DNA of 64,000 nucleotides from Octopus sinensis (Eukaryota). The DNA lies in NCBI RefSeq assembly GCF_006345805.1, contig NW_021833425.1, positions 12,719-76,718 on the forward strand, given 5' to 3'. The notes beneath the pieces were generated by a model. It had not been told where the DNA came from and did no database searches. It worked only from the letters and a program-made list of their open reading frames with translations. The number at the start of each line of letters is the position of its first letter. The stretch's first letter is position 1. Position numbers and translations under genes: made by a program. Shown here in pieces: positions 22,173 to 33,985 of this stretch.

Positions 22173-22609
22173 TATGTAATATAACACAGTCTACACATAT
22201 ACCCACATGGGTGTGGGTGCGTACCCACAATACAACATATATATATACATATGAGTGCATATACTCACACTCCTATACATATAAAAAAAATATACATTTA
22301 CATAATGATATAAATAAATAATATAAATTAGTAAACATATATATGTGTTCCACACCCAATGTCTCAGTTTTTCGACTTAATATTGTGATAATAAACATAT
22401 ACAAATTAATACCTAGATGTAAATATACATAGTCAATAGTATATTATATTACTTCATAATAGTTTCCAAAGTGTCATTAAAGTTAGTATCATTATCGTTG
22501 TCAATACAATTAATGTTATCATTGTTATCATTCATAATATTATTAATAACTCTTACATTATGATCCAGAGCAGAATATATGTATGTCCGTATATATATAT
22601 ACATACATA

Positions 22610-23130
22610 CGACGGGCTTCTTTCAGTTTCCGTCTACCAAATCCACTCACAAGGCTTTGGTTGGCCCGAAGCTATAGAAGAAGACACTTGTCCAAGGTGC
22701 CACACAGTGGGACTGAACCCGGAACCATGTGGTTGGTAAGCAAGCTACTTACCACACAGCCACTCCTACGCCTAAGTAGCTTGCCTACCAACCACATGGT
22801 TCCAGGTTCAGTCCCACTGCATGGCACCTTGGGCAAGTGTCTTCTACTATAGCCTCGGGTCGACCAAAGCCTTGTGAGTAGATTTGGTAGACGGAAACTG
22901 AAAGAAGCCCATCGCATATATGTGTGTGTGTGTTTGTTTGTGTATCTGTGTTTGTCCCCCCAACATCGCTTGACAACCGATGATGGTGTGCTTACGTCCC
23001 TATAACTTAGCGGTTCGGCTAAAGAGACTGATAGAATAAGTACTAGGCATCCAAAGAATAAGTCCTGGGGTTAATTTGCTCGACTAAAGGTGGTGCTCCA
23101 GCATGGCCACAGTCAAATGACTGAAACAAG
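22610..23130. mobile_element. Head-to-head pair of major SINE copies
   Basis: Minus-strand head 22610-22772 abuts a plus-strand copy 22773-23130. Confidence 0.8.
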
Positions 23131-23355
23131 TAACTGGCTGAAATACTCAGCAGAATTTTGTCTGTCTAAACATTCTGAGTTCAAATACTGCCACGGTTGA
23201 TTTCACCTTTCACCTTTTTGGGGGTCAATAGAATACCAGATTCAATGTAACAGACTTTCCCCACTCCCTGGAAATTGCTGGCCTTGTGTCAAAACCGAAT
23301 ATTATTAGGAATTGTATAAAAAAAAAAGGTTTAAAATATTTTGTGTATTATAGAA

Positions 23356-23673
23356 GTTGCTGAGACCCCCTTCGGTCATGACTGACCGTGGGATTGCACG
23401 TAGAAAGTTACTCTCCCAGGTACAAGTCCGGGCAAGGTCGTTTATGGAAGTCCAGCAGTCGCCCATGCATACCGGCCTCCCCTCTCCACACCACCAGTGT
23501 TATCCAAGGCTGATACAGCTTGGCACCTGTGACGTTGCAACTCATTTCTACAGCTGAGTGAACTGGAGCAATGTGAAAGAAAGAACACAACACACAGCCC
23601 AGTCTGGGATTCGAACTCACAACCTCACAATTGTAAGCTCAGCACTCCAACCATTGAGCCATGTGCCTTCACA
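23356..23673 (-). mobile_element. tRNA-derived SINE (additional family)
   Basis: Minus-strand A-box (TGGCTCAATGG) and B-box (GAGTTCGAATCC), CORE-like body. Confidence 0.6.
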
Positions 23674-24997
23674 TTATAGAAGTACAAGCCATTTATTGCA
23701 TGTAACTTTTAACAACGAAGTCTTATATGGACCCCCAATGAGCTCTGGATGATAACCACTGTTCTGCATTATTTTCTACTAGCTGGTCCCATGCCATCAA
23801 AAATGACGGGTAATTGTAGTGTTTTAGAGTTGACATGCTGTTTGATTTTTCTTTTCAGTGTTGAACGTTCACCATCCCACTTCCATTGCACACACACACA
23901 CACACACAAACATTCACATACCTCTCATACACACACACATATACTCACACAGGGCTGAAACGTTTCCACTACTAGTTTGCCATCACCCCTTCCTTCCTTA
24001 TTCATCTATCACCCCTTCCTTTCTCATTCATGTTTTGACGGAGAAAAACACAAGGTTATTATCATAGTAGATTCCACAGTTAAGAAATAAGCACCATCAA
24101 TTTACCTGGAGATATAACCTGAGAAGGGACTAGCATTTTTGCCATGAGAATATTGGTTTCAAATTTTGACAAACGGCCAGCAATTTGGGGGAGGGAGTAA
24201 GTTGATTGCATCAACCCCAGTCCTCAATTAGTATTTATTTTATCGATCCTGAAAGGATGAAAGGTAAAGTGGCAGAATTTGAACTCAGAACATAAAGATG
24301 AACAAAATGCTACCAAGCATTTTACCGGGTGTGCTAACGATTCTGCCATCTCACTGCCAAGCAAGGAGAATATCAATCTCTCTTGCTCCCCTCAACTGGA
24401 ACTATGCGGTAACAAGGCTGGCCCTTTGAAATACAGGTACAACACAAACAGGAAGAAAGAGTGAGAGAAAATTGTGGTGAAAGAGTACAGCAGGATTCAC
24501 CACATCCCATTTATGATCCGTGATGTTTAATCAGATCAAATGTTGCTTAATTTGTTAGGTCAAAGGTTGATCAGTTTGTCAGGGCAAAAGTCAATCAATT
24601 GGTCAGGTGCAACCAAGAGAATACCCTCCATCAGGCATTTGCCATATTCTGAACACCTTACTTCCCTGGGCATGGATACATTGAAACTCTGACGTATGGC
24701 AAACACCCATAAAACTATTAACCATCTTACAAACAATAACTCTCAGCTCCTTTTCAAACTCCCCCTGTCTAACACCCATGGACATGTTTACAAAGTCAGA
24801 AAACAGCACAGCTCCCATGACTGTCGGAAACATTTTTTTCATGCTAAGAGTTGCTGAAGCATGGAACAAACTGCCGGCATCAGTTGTTAGTTGTCGGAGC
24901 ACTGCATCCTTCAAAACTTCCATGCTTCCTGAGATTCACCAAAACTACACCTGATTTTCTCCCCTCCATACACACACAAGCATGTATCTGACTCATA

Positions 24998-26280
24998 CGA
25001 GGGACGTTCAATAAGTAATGCCTCTGACCCACTTGCAGTTGTTTGATCTAGCTGAAATTTTGCATGTGCAATCATTTATATCTCTATAGAGTAAGTGGCA
25101 AATTACAGCTCTGAATTAATTGTGGTTTCTGATTTACAGGTGTTTGAACCGAGTCAAGTGTGAAATGGAGCCTGTTGAGTGTCGTCGGTTTTTGTATTTG
25201 AAAGGACGTACACCACAGGAGACTTTTGATGAAATGAAAGTAACTTATGGTGATGATGCCTCATCATATGACCTTGTAAAACGCTGGCATCGTGAATTCA
25301 AACATGGTCGGAACTCTGTGGAAACAGCTCCCAGATCTGGTCGCCCCCCTTCTGCCATTGATGAGGCATCTGTCCGTCAAGTTGAGGCTGCCATTTTGGA
25401 AGATCGACGCATAATTATTCGCCAAATAGCCCATGAGGTCAAAATTAGTACCGGGTCTGTGGAAACTATCATTCATGACCATTTGCATATGCAAAAGGTG
25501 TCTGCCAGATGGATTCCCAGGTTGCTCACGCCTTTCCAGAAGCAAGAACGCGTCGATTGCTCGAGGGTGAATTTGGAGATGTGCCAAGAAGATGAGTCAA
25601 AAGTTTTCAAAAGACTGATTACACAGGATGAAACCTGGGTCCATCACTATGATCCAGAGACCAAAGCCCAGTCAATGCAGTGGAAGCACCGTGACTCACC
25701 CCCTCCAAAGAAGGCAAGGGTGCAGCCCTCCGCTGGCAAGGTTATGCTCACAGTCTTCTGGGACCAGGACGGAGTAGTGATGACAGATTCCCTGGCAAAG
25801 GGTACCACAATTGCAGGAGCCTATTATGCTTCACTTTTGAGGAAATTAAGAGAAGTTATCAAAATCAAGAGGCGGGGCAAGATCAGCAAAGGCATCCTCC
25901 TCCTGTAGGACAACGCTCCGGTCCACAACTCGCTTGTCGCCAGATCAGAAGCACAGGCGTATGGCTATGAACTCCTTCCCATCCCCCCTACTTTCCTGAC
26001 CTTGCACCCTCTGATTTTCACCTCTTCCCAATCATGAAGTTGTTTTTGAAAGGAAAGCGTTTCCCAGATGATGCAGCCTTGATTTCTGAAGTCATGTTGA
26101 GGTTGGAGGACCAAGCTGGGTTCTTCTACAAAAATGGTCTCCAGAGCTGCATCAAACGATGGGAGAAATGCGTAACTCTGGGTGGTTCCTATGTAGAAAA
26201 AGACTAATAACTGTGCCAAGTTTCGTTGCTCTACTGCTATGGGAAGTGGGTCAGGGGCATTACTTATTGAACACCCCTCA
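24998..26280 (+). mobile_element. Full-length mariner (DD34D) transposon
   Basis: 37-bp TIRs (CGAGGGACGTTCAATAAGTAATGCCTCTGACCCACTT and its counterpart); TA TSDs at 24996-24997 and 26281-26282. Confidence 0.95.
25165..26207 (+). pseudogene. mariner transposase with one nonsense codon and one frameshift
   Basis: PRSGRP, WIPRLL, TQDETW, (Q>stop)DNAPVH and HPPYFPDLAPSDF motifs; TAG at 25906-25908; 1-bp deletion near 25980. Confidence 0.92.
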
Positions 26281-26659
26281 TACACTGTTCACTTTCCAGA
26301 CATTTGTACATTACTGCATATGCTTTATATGCACTTTTGACAAGTTGTGGTGCACCTGAGCACTGTATACAATAATTTCATCATTATTATTATTATTATC
26401 CTATCACAAACACTTTGTGGCTATTGTTATAGTTGTAGTTGTTTATCCGACATCAGGTTAGTCCCAGATTTGGCTGTTATTTCTAGCAGGTCAATGGCTT
26501 GAATTCTATGTTGGTGAATCTCATGGTTAAAACATTCATTTCTCAGTGGCCCAGTCCATTTGCTCAGTATAATAAATGGTCTTGTCCATTTTGTTGTAAA
26601 AGGGTACATCAGTGTAGTATAATGGTCCAATCCATGTTCTCAGAAGAGTATGCCATAGT

Positions 26660-26900
26660 GTAGTACACTGGACCAGTTCATATTGCTGTAAGCAGGTGTC
26701 ACAGCGTGGTAGTACACTGGACCAGTTCATATTGCTGTAAGGAAGTGTCACAGCGTGGTACAATGGACCAGTTCATATTGCTGTAAGCAGGTGTCACAGC
26801 GTGGTACAATGGACCAGTTCATATTGCTGTAAGCAGGTGTCACAGCGTGGTGGTACACTAGACCAGTTCATATCGCTGTAAACAGGCATCACAGTGTGGA
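26660..26900. repeat. 46-49-bp minisatellite, about 5 copies
   Basis: Unit GTAGTACACTGGACCAGTTCATATTGCTGTAAGCAGGTGTCACAGCGTG. Confidence 0.9.
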
Positions 26901-26961
26901 AGAGTCTACTGTGTCTAACTCCTTCTGTCTTTATAGAAGCTCATACTATATTTTATAAGAG

Positions 26962-27560
26962 AAAGGTGGCAAGCTGGCAGAAACGTTAGCACGCATGGCG
27001 AAATGCTTAGTGGTATTTCGTCTGCTGCTACGTTCTGAGTTCAAATTCCGCTGAGGTCAACTTTGCCTTTCAGCCTTTCGGGGTCGATAAACTAAGAACC
27101 AGTTACGCACTGGGGTCGATGCAATCGACTTAATCCCTTTGTCTGTCCTTGTTTGTCCCCTCTGTGTTTAGCCCCTTGTAGGTAGTAAAGAAATAGGTAT
27201 TTCGTCTACCGCTACATTCTGAGTTCAAATTCCACGAAGGTCGACTTTGCCTTTCATCCTTTCAGGGTCGATTAAATAAGTACCAGTTATGTACTGGGGT
27301 CGATGTGATCGACTTAATCCGTTTGTCTATCCTTGTTTGTCCTCTCTGTGTTTAGCCCCTTGTGGGTAGTAAAGAAATAGGTATTTCGTCTACCGCTACA
27401 TTCTGAGTTCAAATTCCACGTAGGTCGACTTTGCCTTTCATCCTTTCAGGGTCGATTAAATAAGTACCAGTTATGTACTGGGGTCGATGTGATCGACTTA
27501 ATCCGTTTGTCTGTCCTTGTTTGTCCCCTCTGTGTTTAGCCCCTTGTGGGCAGTATAGAA
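26962..27560 (+). mobile_element. SINE with three tandem 184-bp body units
   Basis: GGTATTTCGTCT recurs at 27012, 27196 and 27380. Confidence 0.85.
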
Positions 27561-27619
27561 ATATATATTTTATAAGAGCTACAGAGACTTGTGGCATAAC
27601 ATCTAATCTTTGATGTCTC

Positions 27620-28360
27620 TCTGTCTCCCCTTCCCTCACCTCTCTCTCCCTCCTCCCTCACCTCTCTCTCTCCCCCTCCCTCACCTCTCTCTCCCTCCTC
27701 CCTCACCTCTCTCTCTCCCCCTCTCTCTTAGTTCCCGCTTATTTTCAATTCTTATTGATTCTGTTTGTGTTGTTGTTTGGTTCCAAAGAATGATTTGCTT
27801 CCTGCTGCTTTGTCCAGTATAGTCCGGCTGGGCTGTCTTTGGCTTGCTCAGTGGCCACATGGAGGGACTTACATTTTCCTTCTCTGTCTGTCTCTCTCTC
27901 TCTCTTTTTCTTTTTCCTCTCTCATCCTCTCTCTTTCTTTCTCTTTCTTTATCTTTCTTTCCTTCTCTCTCTCTCATTCTCTCTTTCTCTTTCTTCATAT
28001 TTCTTTTCTTCTCTCTCTCTTTCTTTCTATCTCTCTCTTTATCTTTCTTTCCTTCTCTCTCTCGCTCTCTCTCTCTCTTTCCATCTCTTTCTTTACTTCC
28101 CTCTCTCTCTTTCCATCTCTTTATCTTTCTTTCCTTCTCTCTCCCATTCTCTCTATCTTTTTCTTCATCTTTCTTTCCTTCTCTCTCTCACTCTCTCTCT
28201 TTCTATCTCTTTCTTTATCTTTGCTTCTTTCTCTCAATCTCTCTCTCTCTCTCTCTTTCTAGGCCGTTTGCATCTTTGTTTCTTTCCTTATTCCTTTCTG
28301 TTTTCTTTTTTTTTCTTCCTTCCTTCTTTCCTTTCTCTCTCTCTTTTTCTCTTTTTTCAT
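27620..28360. repeat. CT-rich simple repeat block
   Basis: Directly visible; source of the L/S/F-rich ORFs. Confidence 0.95.
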
Positions 28361-28528
28361 TGATAACTAAACAATATTATTCATAACTATTAACATAAAT
28401 AGTATCATTTATTTCAATGAAATGATCAAAACTGGAATATCCTTGATAAGAAACCAACTGGATTCAGAGATGATTTTTCATCACACTACCATGCCATGTT
28501 GCTCTCAGCAAGATCATAAAGCAGCTGT

Positions 28529-28947
28529 AATATTCTCTAATATTCACACGTATCTGTAAAACGAAAGTGTTTCAGTTAATAACTGACAAAAATCTATTCA
28601 AAGGGAAATAACTTTTGTATCGCTCACTAGGAAGAGTTACTTCCCTTACACCGTACAATCCAATTGTTGCCGTATTTCTATTGAAATTTACTGCTTTTCT
28701 TTCGAATAAGTATTTAAATAATGTAGAATTTATTAAAATAACACTTTTATTATAAAGCTGGTATTTGGAAGAGAAATAAACTATAAACTTTGATAGAGGG
28801 TTTTTATTCAGATAATTTTTAAAACAAGAAGTTTGTGTTTTAGAAACAGGAGCGATGTTACGGGTGGTAAATATGAAAAGAGTTTTCGTTTATCTAATAA
28901 TTATGTTGGTGGTGACAGTTCTTCTATGATTTGTCATAGTGCAGCAT
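28529..28947 (+). repeat. Unclassified ~420-bp interspersed repeat (second copy at 31611-32035)
   Basis: Collinear direct homology between the two copies. Confidence 0.8.
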
Positions 28948-29137
28948 CTTATATGGACCACTAAAGGTCATATGGTATAACATTTAGTGGTCCATATAAG
29001 ATTTTGCTGCAAAATCTTATGATCCATAAATTGGTTAAACTTCAACAATACACAGAATACAGTTCTATATTTAAGAGACGAGGAATTATTTACATTATTT
29101 ACATTTGACAGATATTTGGCCTCATCTTGTTTGTTGT

Positions 29138-29181
29138 TAACACGTTTCGGCTGATATACCCTCCAGCCTTCATCAGGTGTC
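29138..29181 (-). ncRNA. Degenerate minimal hammerhead (family 2)
   Basis: GACAC CUGAUGA A GGCUG GAGGGUAUAU CAGCC GAAA CG UG UU; small deletion at the cleavage site relative to the sister copy. Confidence 0.6.
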
Positions 29182-29803
29182 TTGGGGAAATTTCGAACCT
29201 GGGTTCTCATTCTTAAGGTATTTTTCTATGTTATTATTATTATTATTATTGAGTGAGAGAGCAGTTCATGCCATCAAAGTGACACTGGGGTAAAATATAC
29301 AAAGCCCAATATACCCATCATGACTACCCGTCTGATAAGGGTACATCAGGCACATGCATCACAACCATATGTGCGCGACATAGTGATCTCATATCAAGAT
29401 ATATATCGTATGACCTTGCAGGTGGGGCCCAGTTAGAATTTTCTTCTGGTCGAGTAACCCATCCTGCTCAAAAGGTCCCTGAATAGGATTGTTTAAGGAT
29501 GTTGAATGAAACACCCATGTTTCCAGAGGTGAATTATCCAAACTCCAAAGAATCCCTCTCAACACATGGCTATGATGCAACCCCACTACTTCTGCTCTTG
29601 GTCAGAGATGCACATATCGTCAGCCACTAAGGGACATGCTCAACTGGTTAAGGTCAAACAATTAACAAGCAAATCTGTGGTATTGAGCAGAATATTTGCT
29701 GTAGCCCATCTTTTATACCAAGAGAAGACAATGTACATGATAACACTTCCAATCAGTTAAGATCAGAGGCCATGAGAGCCACTGCCTGGTAATGCATCAG
29801 GGC

Positions 29804-29865
<62 letters not shown>

Positions 29866-30077
29866 TCACTGCCTGGAATTGAACTCAGAAATTTGCAGTT
29901 AGTAGCCCACACTCTTAACTACTACACCACACCCATATGGCGTAGTGGTTAAGAGCATGGGCTACTAACCCCAAGATTCCGAGTTCGATTCCATGCAGTG
30001 ACTTGAATAATAATAATAATAATAATAGCATCGAAAAATACCTTAGGAATGAGAACCCAAGTTCGAAATTTCCCCAT

Positions 30078-30123
30078 GACACCTGATGAAGAATGGAGGC
30101 TATATCAGCCGAAACGTTGTATT
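30078..30123 (+). ncRNA. Degenerate minimal hammerhead (family 2)
   Basis: GACAC CUGAUGA A GAAUG GAGGCUAUAU CAGCC GAAA CG UU^GUAUU; two stem II mismatches and one stem I mismatch. Confidence 0.6.
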
Positions 30124-30344
30124 AACAACAAACAAGATGAGGACAAATATCCGTCAAATGTAAATAATGTAAATAAATACACAGAATATTTTAACAATAT
30201 TTTTATACATTTCCTAATAATATTTACAAATAAAAGCATTACAAGACGTTTTAAGCATCGAAGGGCTTCGAAGGTCCATCTGAGTAAAATAGGTTCCGTA
30301 AGGTAAAAATGATCGAGAACTGCTGTCGTAAAGCATAGTCTGAA

Positions 30345-31130
30345 CTGAAAGAACAGTAAAAGGCTAGACGGCAAGACACTTTCCTGTTCCGCGATGGAAG
30401 GTGCCTCTTCTGCAATACCGCATGCTACAACACTTTCTCCAGCAGCAACATGGAGTGGAGGCGCATTGGCCTAGTGGTTAGGGCAGCGGACTTGCGGTCG
30501 GAGGATCGCGGTTTCGATTCCCAAACCGTGTGTTGTGTGTGTTTATTGAGCGAAAACACCTAAAGCTCCGCGAGGCTCCGGCAGGGGGTGGTGGAGACCC
30601 CTGTTGTACTCTTTCGCTCCAACTTTCTCTCACTCTTTCTTCCTGTTTCTTGTCCCCGACTTCCTACACAACCACTGAGCCTGGATGCGCATTCATCCAA
30701 CCGTTGAAGCTCTCGGTGTCGGGGGTTGACCTGCTTTCTCTTCTGCGGGTCTTACGAATAGTAAAGGACCACGTTTCGGACTTCTCCCATCTTGCGAGCT
30801 CTGGAACGAAGACCGTTCGCTCAACAGCAACAGCAGCAACCTGGCGTGTTCTGCTGCCAACCCAAGCTTCCGCTGCTCCTCAGGCTGAGAAGAGCAAACT
30901 GTTAAACTACATACAGGCTGCTCCCTGACAGATTTGTGGTTGAACCTGTAGCAGTGGAGACCTCCAGCTTTCTCTTTCCATCTCCCGGTCTATATCCCTT
31001 TTTATTGCAATAAGAGCGGAGATGACTATCTGTAAGTGTGAGCCCTGCAAATAGATGCACCTGTTTCAACGCATTTCCCACGTCATCCTCCAGGACAACG
31101 CCTTTTCCATTTTGTTCGCCGGGACCATGA
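30345..31130 (+). pseudogene. CRE-like non-LTR retrotransposon restriction-like endonuclease (RLE) C-terminal relic
   Basis: Frameshifted motifs KRLDGKTL, GRCL...NTFSSSN, AAxQAEKSK, EPVAVETS and HLFQRISHVILQDNAFSIL. Confidence 0.65.
30454..30830 (+). mobile_element. tRNA-Arg-like SINE with a 14-bp TSD
   Basis: A/B boxes; TSD CAGCAGCAAC(A/C)TGG at 30440-30453 and 30831-30844. Confidence 0.85.
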
Positions 31131-31142
31131 GTCACCACACAC

Positions 31143-31550
31143 GGATCTTTTCGGTTTGAACGGCAGTTTTTTCTAGCGGTGTCATATGAAATTGTCACCC
31201 ATAATTATGATCCTAGTATCGATCTATTGCATTTCAATCTGTTTTAGGTTAGAGGTGGGGGGAAGGGCATCTTTTTTTCTTCACAAATGTAAATAAACCC
31301 AATCTGTTTCTTAAACGAGGGACATATTCATACGGCACAGAATGTTTTCACCTCAATAGACGTCAGTGATTGGTTGAAATTGCAGAAATTAAAGAAAAAA
31401 CAACAAATATCTTACGAACTATAGAGTTTTCTCAATAAAACCAAGAGAAAAAGATGTTTTATAAACACATTCTACCAGTATACGAAGTTTAAAAGTGTTT
31501 AGTTACGTGGAAATTTTTTTAAAAATCTTCCGCTCAAACCGAAAAGATCC
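31143..31550 (+). mobile_element. MITE with GGATC-starting TIRs and an 8-bp TSD
   Basis: TIR GGATCTTTTCGGTTTGA..; flanks CCACACAC / CCACACAG; second copy at 61180-61590. Confidence 0.8.
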
Positions 31551-32393
31551 CCACACAGTAATAAGACTTTTAGTAATAGCTGTTGCATTTCTTAAGATTA
31601 CAAACTGAAAAATATTCTCTAATATTCACACGCATCTGTAAAACGAAAATGTTTCAGTTAATAACTGACAAAAACCCATCTAAATGTAACAAGGGAGATA
31701 ACTTTTGTATTACTCACTAGCAAGAGTTACTTCCCTTACACCGTACAATCCAATTGTTACTGTATTTCTATTGAAATATACTGTTTTTGTTTTGAATAAG
31801 TATTTAAATAAAGTAGAATTTATTAAAATAACACTTTTATTATGAAGCTGGTATTTGGAACAGAAATTCACTATAAACTTTGATAGAGGGTTTTTATTCA
31901 GATAATTTTTAAAACAAGAAGTTTGTGTCTTAGAAACAGGAGCGATGTTACGGGTGGTAAATATGAAAAGAGTTTTCGTTTATCTAATAATTATGTTGGT
32001 GGTGACAGTTCTTCTGTGATTTGTCACAACACAGCAGCATATTCTCATCTCATGCTATCTTACTACAATAATTACAGCTCATCTAAAACAATTAACATCT
32101 ACTGTTGTTGTTATTGATAATAGAGCAGCTCTGATCCACCAGATTTATGACTAAAGACATCTCAGCATGACCATCCTTACTGATTTCGTATACCAACGGT
32201 TACTATGTGTACTTCTTGTTTTAAAATGGTAACATGTCATTTGTTGCAATTTGACTGCTGTGTCTAGCAAGTCGGGCGACCACAGAGTCGGCTGTTGTCA
32301 GAAACGCCACCAATGAGGTCAAGGGAGATAATAACTGTATGACTTAATTTGAGTTTGATCAGGCTGTTTTCAGGCTTTTAGTTAACCCTTGTT

Positions 32394-32491
32394 TCATAAC
32401 CACTACACCAACATGCCCATGGGCATATGGCGTAGTGGTTAAGAGCGTGGGCTACTAACCCCAGGATTCCGAGTTCGATTCCAAGCAGAGA

Positions 32492-32522
<31 letters not shown>

Positions 32523-32700
32523 TGTCTTGGTATAAAAGATGGGCTACAGCAAATATTATGCTCAATACCACAGATTTGCTTGTCAGTTGTTTGACCTTAA
32601 CCAGTTGAGCATGTCCCTTAGTGGCTGATGATATGTGCATCTCTGATCAGAAGTATTGGGGGAGCATCATAGCCATGTGTTGAGAGGGATTCTTTGACAG
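32394..32700 (+). mobile_element. Partial copy of the double-tRNA-head composite
   Basis: Palindromic centre TGCCCATGGGCA (32414-32425), head, (AAT)n, then the reverse complement of 29547-29731. Confidence 0.7.
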
Positions 32701-33671
32701 ATTCAAACGTGCTAGCTCTAAATCCAAAAGATAATCTGTAGAGACACACTTCAAAGTGATACTGCTTCCTCTGTCTGTCTCTAAACTCATTCAGCCACCG
32801 AGAACACTTTAACTATGTCTCTTCCTACTCTTTTTTTTTTACTCGTTTCAGTCATTTGACTGTGGCCATGCTGGAGCACCGCCTTTAATCGAGCAACTCG
32901 ACCCCGGGACTTATTCTTTTGTAAGCCCAGTACTTATTCTATCGGTCTCTTTTGCTGAACCGCTAAGTAATGGGGACATAAACACACCAGCATCGGTTGT
33001 CAAGCAATGCTAGGGGACAAACACAGACACACAAACACACACACGCATATATATATATACATATATATGACGGGCTTCTTTCAGTTTCCGTCTACCAAAT
33101 CCACTCACAAGGCTTTGGTCAGCCCGAGGCTATAGTAGAAGACACTTGCCCAAGGTGCCACGCAGTGGGACTGAACCCGGAACCATGTGGTTGGTAGACA
33201 AGCTACTTACCACACAGCCACTTCTGCGCCTATTTTTATTGCTTTGCTTCCCTTCAGTAGTCATTCATGTCAATGATATTAACACTTACAATTGTGGTGG
33301 GGTTCTTACACTCATTCCAGGCTGATGCCAAATCTTTTGCAACACTCGTCCTTCTCCATCAATTAGTTCTACACTCTTTTACACATTACGTGGAGGCACG
33401 TGGCATAGTGGTAAGGGTGCTGGACTTATTATTAAGTCTTTTACTCTCTTGCTAGTTTTAGTCATTTGACTGTGGCCATGCTGGAGCACCGCTTTTAGTC
33501 GAACGAATCAACCCTAGGACTTATTCTTTGTAAGCCTGGTAATTATTCTATCGGTCTCTTTTGCTGAACTGTTAAGTTACGGGGATGTAAACACACCAAC
33601 ATCAGATCTGAAGTGATGGTGGTGGGGACAAACACAGAAACACAAACATATATATATATATGTGTGTGTGT

Positions 33672-33985
33672 GTGGAGGCGCAATGGCCCATTGGTTAGGG
33701 CAGCAGACTTGCGGTCCTAGGATTGCGGTTTCGATTCCCAGACCGGGCATTGTGACTGCTTATTAAGCGAAAACACCTAAAGTTCCACGAGGCTCTGGCA
33801 GGGGGTGATGGCGATCCCTGCTGTACTCTTTCACCACAACTTTCTCTCACTCTTTCTTCTGTTGGCCTGCTCGCTTAGCCAGCGGGGTGGCGCCATTTGG
33901 AGGCTAAAACAATGCGAAGTGCATTGTGACCAGCGATGTGTAGCAACATCTGATAGCCTGGTCAGTCACGTGATCACATGATATA
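33672..33985 (+). mobile_element. tRNA-Arg-like SINE with an alternative tail
   Basis: Same head and body as 30454 but a different 3' half. Confidence 0.75.

Larger units (their letters stand above)
24603..26400 (+). mobile_element. CR1 LINE 3' fragment, interrupted by a mariner
   Basis: Homologous to the C-terminus of the CR1 at 38319; 3' tail GTGCACCTGAGCACTGTA...(ATT)n. Confidence 0.8.
29086..30176. mobile_element. Palindromic composite: inverted HHR-containing termini around two back-to-back tRNA-like heads
   Basis: 29086-29250 is the reverse complement of 30006-30176; heads at 29861-29925 (minus) and 29936-30005 (plus). Confidence 0.75.

Noticed and set aside
26660-26900. Regularly spaced repeats resembling a CRISPR array
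   Set aside because: Units are contiguous with no unique spacers, there are no cas genes, and the context is eukaryotic
29936-30005. tRNA-like sequences here and at 20306, 30454, 32428, 33672 and 35940
   Set aside because: They have A/B boxes but no complete acceptor stem and run into repeat bodies, so they are SINE heads, not tRNA genes
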